DNA of 60,116 nt from a bacterium. Its GTDB lineage: Bacteria > Bacillota > Clostridia > Lachnospirales > Lachnospiraceae. A program made the position numbers and the translations under genes. The stretch is taken from assembly GCA_963600375.1 (NCBI GenBank), contig CAVCBH010000122.1, positions 1 through 60,116 on the forward strand, read 5' to 3'. Numbering within the stretch: position 1 is the stretch's first letter; every line of letters starts with the position of its first letter. The notes beneath the pieces were generated by a model that was given only the letters and a program-made list of their open reading frames with translations, was not told the origin of the DNA and ran no database searches. Below are positions 1-10,238 of the stretch, piece after piece.

Positions 1-71
1 TTTCTTTTTCCAGTACTGCTTAGACAGAAAACCCGAATACTTTTGCCATAAATAAATAAATATTTTGTCAT
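1..71 (-). CDS. possible 5' end of a gene divergent from lysR (runs off window)
   Basis: Minus-strand ATG at 71 preceded by AAGGAAG (77-83); frame open to window edge (MTKYLFIYGKSIRVF...); divergent placement is typical of a LysR target. Confidence 0.35.
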   Translation of the reverse strand, partial: MTKYLFIYGKSIRVFCLSSTGKR

Positions 72-263
72 AAAATCTTCCTTGTAAAAATATAGCGCAT
101 CTTATAAAATAAGAAAAACGAATATATTTAATAAGATATATCGAAAAAAGGAATACAACTTCAAAAACAGGACAGCAAAATAGATTTCGAAAAAACAAAC
201 AATAGAGTAGAAATCAAATAAAATAAATTTAAAAAATGAAAATAAAATGAAAAGAGACAAATT

Positions 264-1136
264 ATGGATAACAATCTTCAAAAATATATGGCCTTTGTAA
301 AAACAGTAGAAACAGGCAGTTTTACGAAAGCGGCTACAGCATTAAACTATGCACAGTCATCTGTCAGCAAGATGATTGCAGATTTGGAAAAAGAATGGAA
401 TATAATATTGCTGGAACGTGACAGAAAAGGAGTCCATCTCACCGCATCTGGAGAAAAAATTCTGCCCTATGCCAGGAATCTTATTGATGATTACAGGAGA
501 CTGGAAAGTTATGTAGATGATTTAAACGGTGTGCAGACAGGAACGATCCGAATCGGAACCTTTGCCAGTGTAGCAATAAACTGGCTGCCAAATATATTTG
601 CAGAATTTCAGAAAGATTTCCCGATGATAGAATATGAAATGCTTATGGGGGAGTATGAAGAAATAGAGCAGTGGATTGAAGAAGGCAGAGTAGACTGTGG
701 CTTTTTAAGTCTCCCAACGAAAAATAAATTAGATACCGTTTCACTGAAGCAGGATGAATACTTTGTCGTTCTTCCGAAGAATCACCCATTAGCAGAAAAA
801 GAAAAAATAGATGTACATAATCTGGAAAATCAGCCTTTTATGTTGCTTGAACATGTGGGACGGACAGAAGTGACAAAGATTCTTGAAAAAGCAAATGTCC
901 ATCCGAAAGTTCGCTTTACGATCTGGGAAGATTATGCCATCATGGCGATGGTAGAAAGAGGACTTGGAATTGGAATCCTTCCGGAACTTATCTTACAAAG
1001 AATTCCTTATCAATTAGAAATACGTCCCCTCGCGGAACCGTATTATCGGGATATTGGAATAGCGGTGAAAGACAAAGACAGGATATCTCCGGCAACGAGG
1101 AAGTTTTTCGAATACTTAAAATATAGAGAAAAATAG
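264..1136 (+). CDS. LysR-family transcriptional regulator
   Basis: N-terminal HTH GSFTKAA..LNYAQSSVSKMIADLE..LLER; LysR substrate domain (G.IRIG, MVERGLGIGILP). Confidence 0.96.
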   Translation: MDNNLQKYMAFVKTVETGSFTKAATALNYAQSSVSKMIADLEKEWNIILLERDRKGVHLTASGEKILPYARNLIDDYRRLESYVDDLNGVQTGTIRIGTFASVAINWLPNIFAEFQKDFPMIEYEMLMGEYEEIEQWIEEGRVDCGFLSLPTKNKLDTVSLKQDEYFVVLPKNHPLAEKEKIDVHNLENQPFMLLEHVGRTEVTKILEKANVHPKVRFTIWEDYAIMAMVERGLGIGILPELILQRIPYQLEIRPLAEPYYRDIGIAVKDKDRISPATRKFFEYLKYREK

Positions 1137-1157
1137 GAATTTGCCGAGATAACTAAA

Positions 1158-1293
1158 CAGACGAAGTCTGAGAATCCACTCCTCTATATTTGTGATTTTC
1201 GTCACGGTGTGTTGAATATTCGCTTCTGCGCTCACATCCAACACTTGCTCCCAGACCACAAATATAGAGAAGTGGATTCTCAGACTTCTGTTT
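1158..1293 (+). repeat. Family A palindromic repeat, copy A1
   Basis: CAGACG + arm AAGTCTGAGAATCCACTCCTCTATATTTGTG ... CACAAATATAGAGAAGTGGATTCTCAGACTTC + TGTTT; core shared with other copies. Confidence 0.92.
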
Positions 1294-1314
1294 CCTGGCT
1301 ACTCGAACAAATTC

Positions 1315-1554
1315 CTATCTGATTAAGTCTTCAAAGGTGACATTGAAAAGATCGCATAATGCCTTAATTTCAATATCTGTTACATACCGCTGTTGTGTTT
1401 CAATTCTCGTAATTACATTTTTATCCATATCGTATCCAGCGAGCTGCAGTTCATGAGCAAGTCCTCTCTGTGATAAATGATGTTTTTTCCTTAAAGCAAT
1501 TAGATTAGCACCGATTAAGTTCTTTTTACCAGTAGCTGTAAATGGTTTTGGCAT
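1315..1554 (-). CDS. XRE/HTH_3 family small transcriptional regulator
   Basis: 79 aa, IG.NL..LRK...LSQ..LA..L...ITRIE pattern; RBS GAAGGTGA. Confidence 0.88.
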   Translation of the reverse strand: MPKPFTATGKKNLIGANLIALRKKHHLSQRGLAHELQLAGYDMDKNVITRIETQQRYVTDIEIKALCDLFNVTFEDLIR

Positions 1555-1676
1555 AATATCTCACCTTCCGTTCAAATTTTGTTATGCATATGGTACATAT
1601 ATAGTTTTATTTTACAAAATTTGATAATAGCATACGGTCGTAAAAGTGAGACAAAGCGAAAAAAATGAGACAAATT

Positions 1677-2288
1677 TTACTCGAATTTAAATGTATCCTT
1701 TATTCCTAACCATTTTTGATCTTTTTCACTTAAAGTAAGCGCTGTACCATCTGTTAAATGATAGCCATCTGCAACAGGAGAACCAGGATATTGTCCGTTG
1801 ACTTCCGGCCATTCGATGCCGATTTCAGGGTCATTCCAGGCAAGCCCGCCCTCATCTCCAGGGTGATAGAAATCGGTACATTTATAACAGAATTCTGCTG
1901 TGTCAGATAAAACAAGGAAACCGTGAGCGAATCCCTCTGGAATATAAAATTGTTTATTATTCTCTGCGGAAAGGATTTCGCCGAACCATTTTCCGTATGT
2001 TTCTGAGTTGCTTCGAAGATCAACTACAACGTCAAAAACAGTTCCATTAATTACACGTACTAACTTTCCCTGTGGATGCTGTTTTTGAAAATGTAATCCA
2101 CGGAGAACTCCTTTGGAAGAAGCAGATTGATTATCCTGAACAAATTCCATTGTCAGTCCGGCTTCTGCCATATCATTTTTATTGTAAGTTTCCATAAAAT
2201 AGCCACGGGAATCACCGTGAAGAGCAGGTTCAATAATACATAATCCCTCGATTCCACCGACATTCTTTTTTACTTTAATCTGTCCCAA
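1677..2288 (-). CDS. rfbC: dTDP-4-dehydrorhamnose 3,5-epimerase
   Basis: GDSRGYFME, FVQDNQS.S..GVLRGLHFQ, IPEGFAHGF; TTG start with GGAGG RBS. Confidence 0.97.
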   Translation of the reverse strand: MGQIKVKKNVGGIEGLCIIEPALHGDSRGYFMETYNKNDMAEAGLTMEFVQDNQSASSKGVLRGLHFQKQHPQGKLVRVINGTVFDVVVDLRSNSETYGKWFGEILSAENNKQFYIPEGFAHGFLVLSDTAEFCYKCTDFYHPGDEGGLAWNDPEIGIEWPEVNGQYPGSPVADGYHLTDGTALTLSEKDQKWLGIKDTFKFE

Positions 2289-2490
2289 GAGTGAGACCTC
2301 CTTTAATTCAAAAATTCTTTTTTAGATTGCAATAATATTTTAGAAAGCTTATAACAATTTATTTTTATTATTACAATATTTTTTTGCTGTGTAAATTCTT
2401 TTTCTAACGTTGTTATAACTGTTTTAAAGAGTACAATAGTTTTCACCCCGATAGCTAAGAGATTTTGGGATGATAGTAATCTTTTTCTTA

Positions 2491-3429
2491 TTATAATACT
2501 TCTTTTAAATATCTCTGCAATGCATCTTTCCAGTCTGGAAGTGGTGTAAATCCTGCATTCACCAGCTTACTCTTATCAAGTCTGCTGTTAAATGGGCGGG
2601 CAGCTTTAGATAGACCGTATTCTGCGGTTGTGACCGGAGTAATGGAGACATGATTTTCATCGTATTCTGTATGTCCGAGTGCAACTGCCTGACGGAAGAT
2701 TTCCTTTGTGAAATCATACCAACTGATAAAACCACCCTCATTTGTAGCGTGATAATAGCCGTATTTTTCGCTTTCAGCCATATCGACAAGAAGTCTTGCC
2801 AGGTCAAAAGTATAGGTTGGTGTTCCAATCTGATCGTTGACTACGGTAAGTTTATCATGATTTTTTCCGACAGTAAGCATCGTTTTGATGAAGTTTTTAC
2901 CATTGCGCCCAAATACCCAGGCAATGCGGACAATGAAGTATTTTTCCAGAGTGTTTGCAACTGCCTGCTCACCGAGAAGTTTGGACTGACCATAAACATT
3001 CAGTGGTTTATAGTCTTTGCAGTCTGGTTTCCATGGAGTAGTTCCCTGACCGTCAAAAACGTAATCGGTACTGAGATAGATCATTTTGCAGTTAAGTTCC
3101 TTGCAGGCAGAGGCGATATACTGCGTGCCGTCTGCATTGATTCTTTTTACGGTATCTTGTTTATCTGTATCTTCAGCAAGATCAACGGCTGTCCATGCGG
3201 CGCAGTGAATGACAACATCTGGAGCTGTCTCTTTTAAAGTATGCGCTACAGCCTCTTTATCTGTAATATCTAATGAAATGTAAGGCATTTTTGTTACGGA
3301 AGAACCATCCTGCACACCAGAATATTCTGGGGCAATATCAGACCCGATTCCCACATAATTGCGAGAGGAAAGCTCATTCATCACATCATGACCGAGCTGA
3401 CCATTAACACCTGTTACAAAAAATTTCAT
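2491..3429 (-). CDS. rfbD: dTDP-4-dehydrorhamnose reductase
   Basis: VTGVNGQLG, HCAAWTAVD, STDYVFDG, YGQSK, DQIGTPT. Confidence 0.97.
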   Translation of the reverse strand: MKFFVTGVNGQLGHDVMNELSSRNYVGIGSDIAPEYSGVQDGSSVTKMPYISLDITDKEAVAHTLKETAPDVVIHCAAWTAVDLAEDTDKQDTVKRINADGTQYIASACKELNCKMIYLSTDYVFDGQGTTPWKPDCKDYKPLNVYGQSKLLGEQAVANTLEKYFIVRIAWVFGRNGKNFIKTMLTVGKNHDKLTVVNDQIGTPTYTFDLARLLVDMAESEKYGYYHATNEGGFISWYDFTKEIFRQAVALGHTEYDENHVSITPVTTAEYGLSKAARPFNSRLDKSKLVNAGFTPLPDWKDALQRYLKEVL

Positions 3430-3457
3430 CTTATGATTCCTCTTTTCATATATTTAT

Positions 3458-3527
3458 AAACTTAAATATGAAGTCGGCAAGAAAAAATTATACGTATGTT
3501 GACTTCATAAATAAATTTTTTCGTCTG
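3458..3527 (-). repeat. degenerate CAGACG-tagged hairpin (family A-related)
   Basis: TATGAAGTCGGCA/TGTTGACTTCATA inverted repeat followed by CGTCTG (reverse complement of CAGACG) at 3522-3527. Confidence 0.45.
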
Positions 3528-3623
3528 CCATGTCAGCAATCCACCACCTTCAGATGATGGGCAGCTGCCACGAAATAGGTATTAAAATAAATAGTATTTC
3601 CTATCAAAAACTGAAAAAATGAA

Positions 3624-4643
3624 TTATCGGTTTTTGTACATTTTCTCATAGTAATCCTGATATTCCCCGGAAATGATTGTCTCCCACCATTCTTTATTAT
3701 CAAGATACCACTGGATTGTCTTTTTAATTCCATCTGCAAATTTAGTTTCTGGAAGCCAGCCAAGTTCATTGTGAATCTTAGCAGGATCAATCGCGTAACG
3801 CATATCATGTCCTTTTCTGTCAGCAACGTAAGTGATAAGACTTTCTGGTTTGCCAAGTTCTTTACAGATGATTTTTACAATATCGATGTTTTTCATTTCG
3901 TTATGTCCACCGACATTATACACTTCACCAACGCGTCCTTTATGGATGATCAAATCAATGGCGCGGCAGTGGTCTTCCACATAGAGCCAGTCACGTACAT
4001 TTTCACCCTTACCGTAGACAGGGAGTGGCTTGTCATTTAATGCATTGGCGATCATGAGTGGAATTAATTTTTCTGGGAAATGGTATGGGCCATAGTTGTT
4101 AGAACAACGGCTGATTGTTACAGGAAGTCCGTAAGTTCTGTAGTAAGCAAGAACTAATAAATCTGCACCAGCTTTCGAACTGCTGTAAGGGGAACTTGTA
4201 TGAATGGGTGTTTCCTCTGTGAAGAAAAGGTCTGGGCGGTCTAATGGAAGATCACCGTAAACTTCATCGGTGCTTACCTGGTGATAACGTTTGATACCAT
4301 ATTTGCGGCAGGCATCCATAAGAACAGCAGTACCTTTGATATTGGTGTCTAAGAAAACTTCTGGATTTTCGATAGAACGGTCAACATGACTTTCTGCTGC
4401 AAAGTTTACAACCATATCTGGATGTTCTTCCTCGAACAGCCTGTATACAGCTTCTCTGTCAGTAATACTTTCCTTTACAAAACGGAAGTTTGGATTATCC
4501 ATTACTGGCGCTAAAGTAGAAAGGTTACCTGCATAAGTCAGGCAGTCTAAACAAATGATTCGGTAATCCGGGTATTTGTTTAACATATGAAAAATAAAGT
4601 TGCTTCCAATAAATCCGGCTCCTCCGGTTACAATGATTGTCAT
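3624..4643 (-). CDS. rfbB: dTDP-glucose 4,6-dehydratase
   Basis: IIVTGGAGFIGSNF, FAAESHVDRSI, STDEVYG, YSSSK; start moved to ATG 4643 (AAGGAG RBS). Confidence 0.97.
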   Translation of the reverse strand: MTIIVTGGAGFIGSNFIFHMLNKYPDYRIICLDCLTYAGNLSTLAPVMDNPNFRFVKESITDREAVYRLFEEEHPDMVVNFAAESHVDRSIENPEVFLDTNIKGTAVLMDACRKYGIKRYHQVSTDEVYGDLPLDRPDLFFTEETPIHTSSPYSSSKAGADLLVLAYYRTYGLPVTISRCSNNYGPYHFPEKLIPLMIANALNDKPLPVYGKGENVRDWLYVEDHCRAIDLIIHKGRVGEVYNVGGHNEMKNIDIVKIICKELGKPESLITYVADRKGHDMRYAIDPAKIHNELGWLPETKFADGIKKTIQWYLDNKEWWETIISGEYQDYYEKMYKNR

Positions 4644-4682
4644 AGGTGAATTCTCCTTGTAAATTTCTGAATAATATTGTAA

Positions 4683-4732
4683 TTTCACAAATTGCAATAC
4701 ATATCCTGTTAAAGTATTTTCAAACACGCTAT
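4683..4732 (+). mobile_element. Family B MITE right-end remnant
   Basis: CACAAATTGCAATACATATCC...TATTTTCAAACACGCT resembles the right end of the 30968-31130 element. Confidence 0.55.
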
Positions 4733-4860
4733 TATTGTATTTTATGAAATTGCTGTATTTTCAAATTTGAAATAGTTATTAAGTAAATAGTTACAGGTGA
4801 GTAGATGTTAATAAGCAGATATTGAATAATAAATATTATAATACATCTAAAAAGTTAAAT

Positions 4861-5757
4861 TTAATATAAATTCTCCTGATATTTTCCATCTAAAACATCT
4901 TTTAAATATTGACCGTATTCGTTCTTTTTGAGAACTTCGTAAACTTTAAGAACGTCCTCTTTGGAAATCCAGTCATTTAAATAAGCGATTTCTTCAAGGC
5001 AGGCAATCTTACGATGCTGGTGCTGTTCCATTGTCTTTACAAAATTGGTAGCATCAACAAGACTTTCGTGTGTTCCTGTATCAAGCCAGGTAAATCCCTG
5101 TCCAAGCAGCTCTACATTTAAAGCATTATTTTCTAAATAAATGCGGTTTAAATCTGTAATTTCTAATTCGTTTCTGGCACTTGGGGTCAGATTTTTTGCA
5201 TATTCCACAACGCGGTTATCGTAGAAATACAGACCAGTTACACAGTAATTGCTCTTTGGATGTTCTGGTTTTTCTTCGATAGAAACAGCCTTGCCATTAT
5301 GGTCAAATTCAACAATACCGAAACGTTCAGGATCGTCTACATAGTAACCAAAAACAGTTGCACCATTGCCACTTTCTGCATTCTTTACAGCAGCACGAAG
5401 ACGTTTTTTCAGTCCATGTCCGGCAAAAATATTGTCACCAAGAACCATGGCAACCGTATCATCACCGATAAAGTCTTCTCCAATAATAAAAGCCTGAGCA
5501 AGTCCGTCCGGGCTTGGCTGAACAGCATAAGATAAATTCACACCAAACTGACTTCCATCTTTTAATAATTCTTTAAAACGCGGAGTATCCTGTGGTGTGG
5601 AAATGATCAAAATATCACGGATGCCTGCGTTCATTAAAACAGACATTGGATAATAGATCATTGGCTTATCATAAATAGGAAGTAACTGTTTTGAAGTTAC
5701 CATAGTAAGTGGGTAAAGACGAGTGCCGGAACCGCCTGCTAAAATAATACCTTTCAT
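4861..5757 (-). CDS. rfbA: glucose-1-phosphate thymidylyltransferase
   Basis: [38 protein letters not shown]. Confidence 0.98.
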   Translation of the reverse strand: MKGIILAGGSGTRLYPLTMVTSKQLLPIYDKPMIYYPMSVLMNAGIRDILIISTPQDTPRFKELLKDGSQFGVNLSYAVQPSPDGLAQAFIIGEDFIGDDTVAMVLGDNIFAGHGLKKRLRAAVKNAESGNGATVFGYYVDDPERFGIVEFDHNGKAVSIEEKPEHPKSNYCVTGLYFYDNRVVEYAKNLTPSARNELEITDLNRIYLENNALNVELLGQGFTWLDTGTHESLVDATNFVKTMEQHQHRKIACLEEIAYLNDWISKEDVLKVYEVLKKNEYGQYLKDVLDGKYQENLY

Positions 5758-5867
5758 AATATATTCTCCTTCTCGTATACGTTATTTATGCGCAGATGTT
5801 ATGGGATTGATTTCATAACAGGTGACATAATAGTTTGTGTGATTTCACGTAATTTATTTTATTATAA

Positions 5868-5888
5868 AAGATGCCCTAAGGGCATCTT
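5868..5888. terminator. short perfect hairpin, possible terminator
   Basis: AAGATGCCC-TAA-GGGCATCTT with T-rich sequence nearby on both strands. Confidence 0.4.
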
Positions 5889-5924
5889 CAAGGGTTTTTT
5901 CTTGCTATTTGATTCATTAAGGGA

Positions 5925-5968
5925 CAGACGCTCCCGAAGAGAGAATCTACCCTATATCTGTGACTCTA
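5925..5968 (+). repeat. Family A left-arm fragment A2
   Basis: CAGACGCTCCCGAAGAGAGAATCTACCCTATATCTGTGACTCTA matches the left arm and core start of A4/A5/A8; no right arm. Confidence 0.8.
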
Positions 5969-6129
5969 AAATTGTAGGAAGATTATTATAATAATCATAA
6001 AAATGTTGGTTGAAGAATCGGATTAACAGGAAATGTAATAGAGTAGAGAGAATTCGAATGGAAATGAGTTTGGGAATGTGGTATGATTTGAACGTTAAAT
6101 TAAAATGGGGATTAAGGAAGGTGACAGTT

Positions 6130-6786
6130 ATGAAGTTTAATTGTTTTGAGGTTGTGTCGGGAAGATGTATTGAGGAAATTCCGGGACAATCTCGTATTGG
6201 ATATGCAATGAGTGATACAATGGATTTTTACGATATGATCGAAGGGTCAAAAAAAGATGGGTATCAGGGATCGACTATTTCTTTTTATGATTATGATAAT
6301 GGTAAAGTTTATGAGCCATTTCAAAAACAGAGGAATGTGTTATATGGAAAGACTGTTTATTTGAAGGATTCTTTTTGGTTTTTACAAGGGGATTTTAATA
6401 GTGGGAAAATTACTCTGTTCAAATATCTTCCAGGTAAAGTTCCAGAGCAGATTATACAACTTGATATAGCAGATGTAGACCTTTATAATCTGCGTATTAT
6501 GGGAGAGGATGTTCATATTATAAGTGAGGATAAAGAGTTTATCTGCTATTATCCGGAACGTTTTAGCTTTTCTGTGAATCCTAATGAAAGTGTAAGTGTG
6601 ATAGCAGACGGAAAAGTATATCTCTCTGCCTGGGTGGAAGAAGGCTGGGATGATGAAAATGATTGTGCAACTGAAGAATATAAATATTATGAAAAAGTGA
6701 TTGTAAAAGATTTTAAGGGCGATGTGTTATCAGAGACATTCGGCTGTTTGCAGCAACACTCAGATGGGACATGGTGGGTAGCATAG
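6130..6786 (+). CDS. hypothetical protein (acidic, aromatic-rich)
   Basis: 218-aa ORF; start set at ATG 6130 after GGAAGGTG; no recognised motif. Confidence 0.75.
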   Translation: MKFNCFEVVSGRCIEEIPGQSRIGYAMSDTMDFYDMIEGSKKDGYQGSTISFYDYDNGKVYEPFQKQRNVLYGKTVYLKDSFWFLQGDFNSGKITLFKYLPGKVPEQIIQLDIADVDLYNLRIMGEDVHIISEDKEFICYYPERFSFSVNPNESVSVIADGKVYLSAWVEEGWDDENDCATEEYKYYEKVIVKDFKGDVLSETFGCLQQHSDGTWWVA

Positions 6787-6906
6787 AAACGCTTATAAGA
6801 AATTGAACTTACTCTTTTTTGATTGTCTTTAGTTATTACAATTTTATACAGGAATATTCATAGGAAATTAAATCATGATATACTTTGGTAAAGGAGGTTT
6901 TGCGAT

Positions 6907-8091
6907 ATGAAAAAAGATGGTTTTTATTCTTCAGGTGAGTTTGCAAAAATGGCACATATCACGAAAAAAACATTGCGCTATTATGACGCCCACAATATTT
7001 TAAAGCCTTCTTACCTGACTCCTTACGGGGCGCGCTTTTATTCCGATGAAGATTTTGCGCGCCTGCAGCAGATTCTTTTGTTAAAATATCTTGGCTTTTC
7101 TCTTGATGATATTCGGGAAATGACGATTAATGATTCGGACTATCATTTTATGGCAGATGCATTGAAATTGCAGAGAAAGCTTGTGCAGGATAAGATTGAA
7201 CAACTTCAGTTGGTAGAACGGGCCATTCAGGACACCTCTCGCGCGATTGAGGAAGAACACAGTGTAAATTGGAGTCAGATGTTAAATCTGATTCATCTTA
7301 CGGGTATGGAAAAAAGTATGAAAAACCAATATCAGAATGCATCTAATATTTCCACACGTATTCAGCTTCACAGCAAGTACAGTACGAACAAACAGGGATG
7401 GTTTCCATGGATTTTCGAACAATGCCATATGGAAAATCATGCAAATGTCCTTGAGGTTGGCTGCGGTGATGGTTCTTTATGGCTTAAAAATAAAGAAAAA
7501 ATTCCAGAACAGCTCCATATTGTTCTCTCGGATATTTCCGAAGGAATGCTCCGTGATACCCGGCGTATGATTCACTCAAATATTCAAAATGCTCGATTTG
7601 ATTTTCAGGTATTTGATTGTGAAAGAATTCCATATCCAGACGATAGTTTTGATCTTGTTATCGCCAATCACGTTCTTTTTTACTGTGAAAATCTTACGGC
7701 TGTTTTCCAGGAAATCACTCGCGTATTAAAATCGAACGGAACTTTTGTATGCAGTACTTATGGCTCTGAACATATGAAAGAAATAAATGAACTGGTTTCC
7801 GAATTTGACGATCGTATCGTTCTTTCCGCAGACCGACTTTTTGAACGCTTCGGAAAAGAAAATGGAGCCGCACTCCTCGCACCATATTTTCAAAATATAA
7901 AATGGCTGCCTTATGAGGATTCCCTGCATGTTACCGAACCCGAAACATTGATCTCCTATGTTCTCTCCTGCCATGGCAATCAAAATCAATATATTATTGA
8001 CCACTATAAAGAATTTCGGAATTACGTTCGAAAAAAGACCGAAAACGGATTTAACATCACAAAAGATGCCGGGATTTTTATTACTATTTAA
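6907..8091 (+). CDS. MerR-family HTH fused to class I SAM-dependent methyltransferase
   Basis: YSSGEFAK...TLRYYD...LKP...GARFYS (MerR); VLEVGCGDG, FDLVIANHVL, RVLK..G.F (methyltransferase); AAGGAGG RBS. Confidence 0.92.
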   Translation: MKKDGFYSSGEFAKMAHITKKTLRYYDAHNILKPSYLTPYGARFYSDEDFARLQQILLLKYLGFSLDDIREMTINDSDYHFMADALKLQRKLVQDKIEQLQLVERAIQDTSRAIEEEHSVNWSQMLNLIHLTGMEKSMKNQYQNASNISTRIQLHSKYSTNKQGWFPWIFEQCHMENHANVLEVGCGDGSLWLKNKEKIPEQLHIVLSDISEGMLRDTRRMIHSNIQNARFDFQVFDCERIPYPDDSFDLVIANHVLFYCENLTAVFQEITRVLKSNGTFVCSTYGSEHMKEINELVSEFDDRIVLSADRLFERFGKENGAALLAPYFQNIKWLPYEDSLHVTEPETLISYVLSCHGNQNQYIIDHYKEFRNYVRKKTENGFNITKDAGIFITI

Positions 8092-8106
8092 TCGTTAAGC
8101 AAAAAT

Positions 8107-8178
8107 GACGAAGTCAGGGAACCCAGGCCTCTATATTTGTGACTTTCATCACAGCGGCTGTTTCAAAACCTCACAAAT
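8107..8178 (+). repeat. Family A truncated copy A3
   Basis: GACGAAGTCAGGGAACCCAGGCCTCTATATTTGTGACTTTCATCAC... with only TCACAAAT of the right arm. Confidence 0.78.
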
Positions 8179-8200
8179 CAGGATTTAACTAAAATAATAG

Positions 8201-8229
8201 TTGCAAAGAACTCTGTTCTGCCTTATAAT
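8201..8229 (+). promoter_or_regulatory. sigma-A promoter of the T-box/serS unit
   Basis: TTGCAA-17 bp-TATAAT. Confidence 0.8.
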
Positions 8230-8246
8230 AGTCAGGAATATTGATT

Positions 8247-8512
8247 TGTTGCGATGAGAAAAGCTATGGTATGAAAGTTTTTCAGAGAGCTGATGGTTGG
8301 TGAGAATCAGCAAACAGAAGTACCTTTCCACTTTTTGAGCATTGGCGAAAGTCAAAGGCTGGTATCCTTTAGCGTACCAATGAGAGGCTGTGATAGCTTT
8401 ACATATGTGATTAATATACTTTGATATATTTAGATATGTAGCGGAACAGCAATTTGGGTGGCAACACGGAATTCTTCGTCCCATGTTTTTTGGATGAAGG
8501 GTTCTTTTTTTA
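8247..8512 (+). ncRNA. T-box riboswitch, Ser specifier (UCC)
   Basis: GA-motif GCGATGAGAAAAG/CTTTTTGAGC; AGAGAGCTGATGGTTGGTGAGAATCAGC stem I apex; specifier TCC at 8327-8329; T-box AATTTGGGTGGCAACACG at 8451; terminator CTTCGTCCCA/TGGATGAAGG plus T run; upstream of serS. Confidence 0.92.
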
Positions 8513-8694
8513 TTTATAGCTATTTAGAAACATATGAATTATTGTAGATATGTGAATTCTGAGTAGTTACGTTGATATTAATATTTAAATGAAACCCAGA
8601 ATATTTTCTAACGTATTTTCGGAAAATTAATTGCAAAAGTAAGTAAAAGAAGTTTCTGAAAGTACATTCTAACAAAGCAGGAGGAATATTGATA

Positions 8695-9981
8695 ATGTTA
8701 GATTTGAAATTTGTCAGAGAGAATCCAGAAGTTGTAAAACAGAACATCCGTAATAAGTTTCAGGATGAGAAGCTTCCTTTAGTAGATGAGGTAATTGAGT
8801 TAGATGCAAAGAGAAGAGCAACTCAGCAGGAAGCAGATGATCTAAGATCAAGCAGAAAGAAGATTTCCAGGCAGATTGGTGCTTTAATGGCACAGGGCAA
8901 GAAGGAAGAAGCGAATGCTGTAAAAGAGCAGGTTACGAAGAATGCAGAGCGTCTTGCAGAGCTTGAGAAGTTAGAGGCAGAGCTTGGAGAAAAAGTAAAA
9001 AAAATCATGATGATTATTCCTAATATCATTGATCCAAGTGTTCCAATCGGTAAAGATGATAGCGAGAACGTTGAGATTCAGAAATATGGTGAGCCATTTG
9101 TACCTGACTTTGAAGTTCCATATCATACAGATATTATGGAAAGATTTGACGGAATTGATTTAGACAGTGCAAGAAAGGTAGCTGGTAACGGATTCTACTA
9201 TTTAATGGGAGATATTGCAAGACTTCATTCCGCAGTTATTTCTTATGCAAGAGATTTCATGATCGACAGAGGATTTACTTACTGTGTACCTCCTTTCATG
9301 ATTCGTAGCAACGTAGTTACAGGTGTTATGAGCTTCGCCGAGATGGATGCGATGATGTACAAGATCGAAGGTGAAGATTTATACTTGATCGGAACCAGTG
9401 AACATTCTATGATCGGTAAGTTTATCGACACTGTTTTACCATCCGATACATTACCAAGAACATTAACATCTTATTCTCCATGTTTCCGTAAGGAGAAAGG
9501 TGCACATGGTATTGAAGAGCGTGGAGTATATCGTATTCACCAGTTTGAGAAGCAGGAAATGATCGTTGTATGTGAGCCGGAAGATAGCAAGATGTGGTTC
9601 GATAAATTATGGCAGAATACAGTAGATTTATTCCGTTCTATGGATATCCCTGTTCGTACTCTTGAATGTTGTTCCGGAGATTTAGCAGACCTTAAGGTAA
9701 AATCTATCGACGTAGAAGCATGGTCCCCACGTCAGAAGAAATATTTCGAAGTAGGAAGCTGCTCTAACTTAGGCGATGCTCAGGCAAGAAGATTAAAGAT
9801 TCGTGTAACAGGTGAGAAGGGTAAATATTTTGCTCACACATTGAATAATACAGTAGTTGCACCACCTCGTATGTTAATTGCATTCCTTGAGAATAACTTA
9901 AATGAAGACGGTTCTGTAAGAATTCCAGAAGTTCTTCGTCCATATATGGGTGGAAAAGAAGTACTTGTACCGGTAAAATAA
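8695..9981 (+). CDS. serS: seryl-tRNA synthetase
   Basis: MLDLKFVREN, LIGTSE, CFRKE, RIHQFEKQE, EVGSCSN, HTLNNT; AGGAGG RBS. Confidence 0.98.
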   Translation: MLDLKFVRENPEVVKQNIRNKFQDEKLPLVDEVIELDAKRRATQQEADDLRSSRKKISRQIGALMAQGKKEEANAVKEQVTKNAERLAELEKLEAELGEKVKKIMMIIPNIIDPSVPIGKDDSENVEIQKYGEPFVPDFEVPYHTDIMERFDGIDLDSARKVAGNGFYYLMGDIARLHSAVISYARDFMIDRGFTYCVPPFMIRSNVVTGVMSFAEMDAMMYKIEGEDLYLIGTSEHSMIGKFIDTVLPSDTLPRTLTSYSPCFRKEKGAHGIEERGVYRIHQFEKQEMIVVCEPEDSKMWFDKLWQNTVDLFRSMDIPVRTLECCSGDLADLKVKSIDVEAWSPRQKKYFEVGSCSNLGDAQARRLKIRVTGEKGKYFAHTLNNTVVAPPRMLIAFLENNLNEDGSVRIPEVLRPYMGGKEVLVPVK

Positions 9982-10041
9982 TTTAAAATTAAAAAATTGT
10001 ATTCAGAGAGTAAGGATATATAGTTTGTTGTAGACAAAGTT

Positions 10042-10177
10042 GGCGCTCCCAAAGGGAGAAACTATCCTGTATTTGTGGCTCTATCACTGTGGGTTGAATG
10101 CTCGCTTAAAGGCTTGCATTCAATCCTCGTTCTAAGGCCATAAATACAGGATAGTTTCTCCCTTTGGGAGCCGTTTT
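10042..10177 (+). repeat. Family A palindromic repeat, copy A4
   Basis: GCTCCCAAAGGGAGAAACTATCCTGTATTTGTGG ... CCATAAATACAGGATAGTTTCTCCCTTTGGGAGC + T run; shared core GGTTGAATG..CATTCAATCC. Confidence 0.92.
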
Positions 10178-10238
10178 TTGTTAAACTGAAATTTATTTTT
10201 CCGGCGGCGTCAGTTTTATGTCGACAAATTATTTATTA

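Noticed and set aside
8185..8484. 99-aa minus-strand ORF upstream of serS
   Set aside because: Antisense to the T-box leader, which fully explains the region
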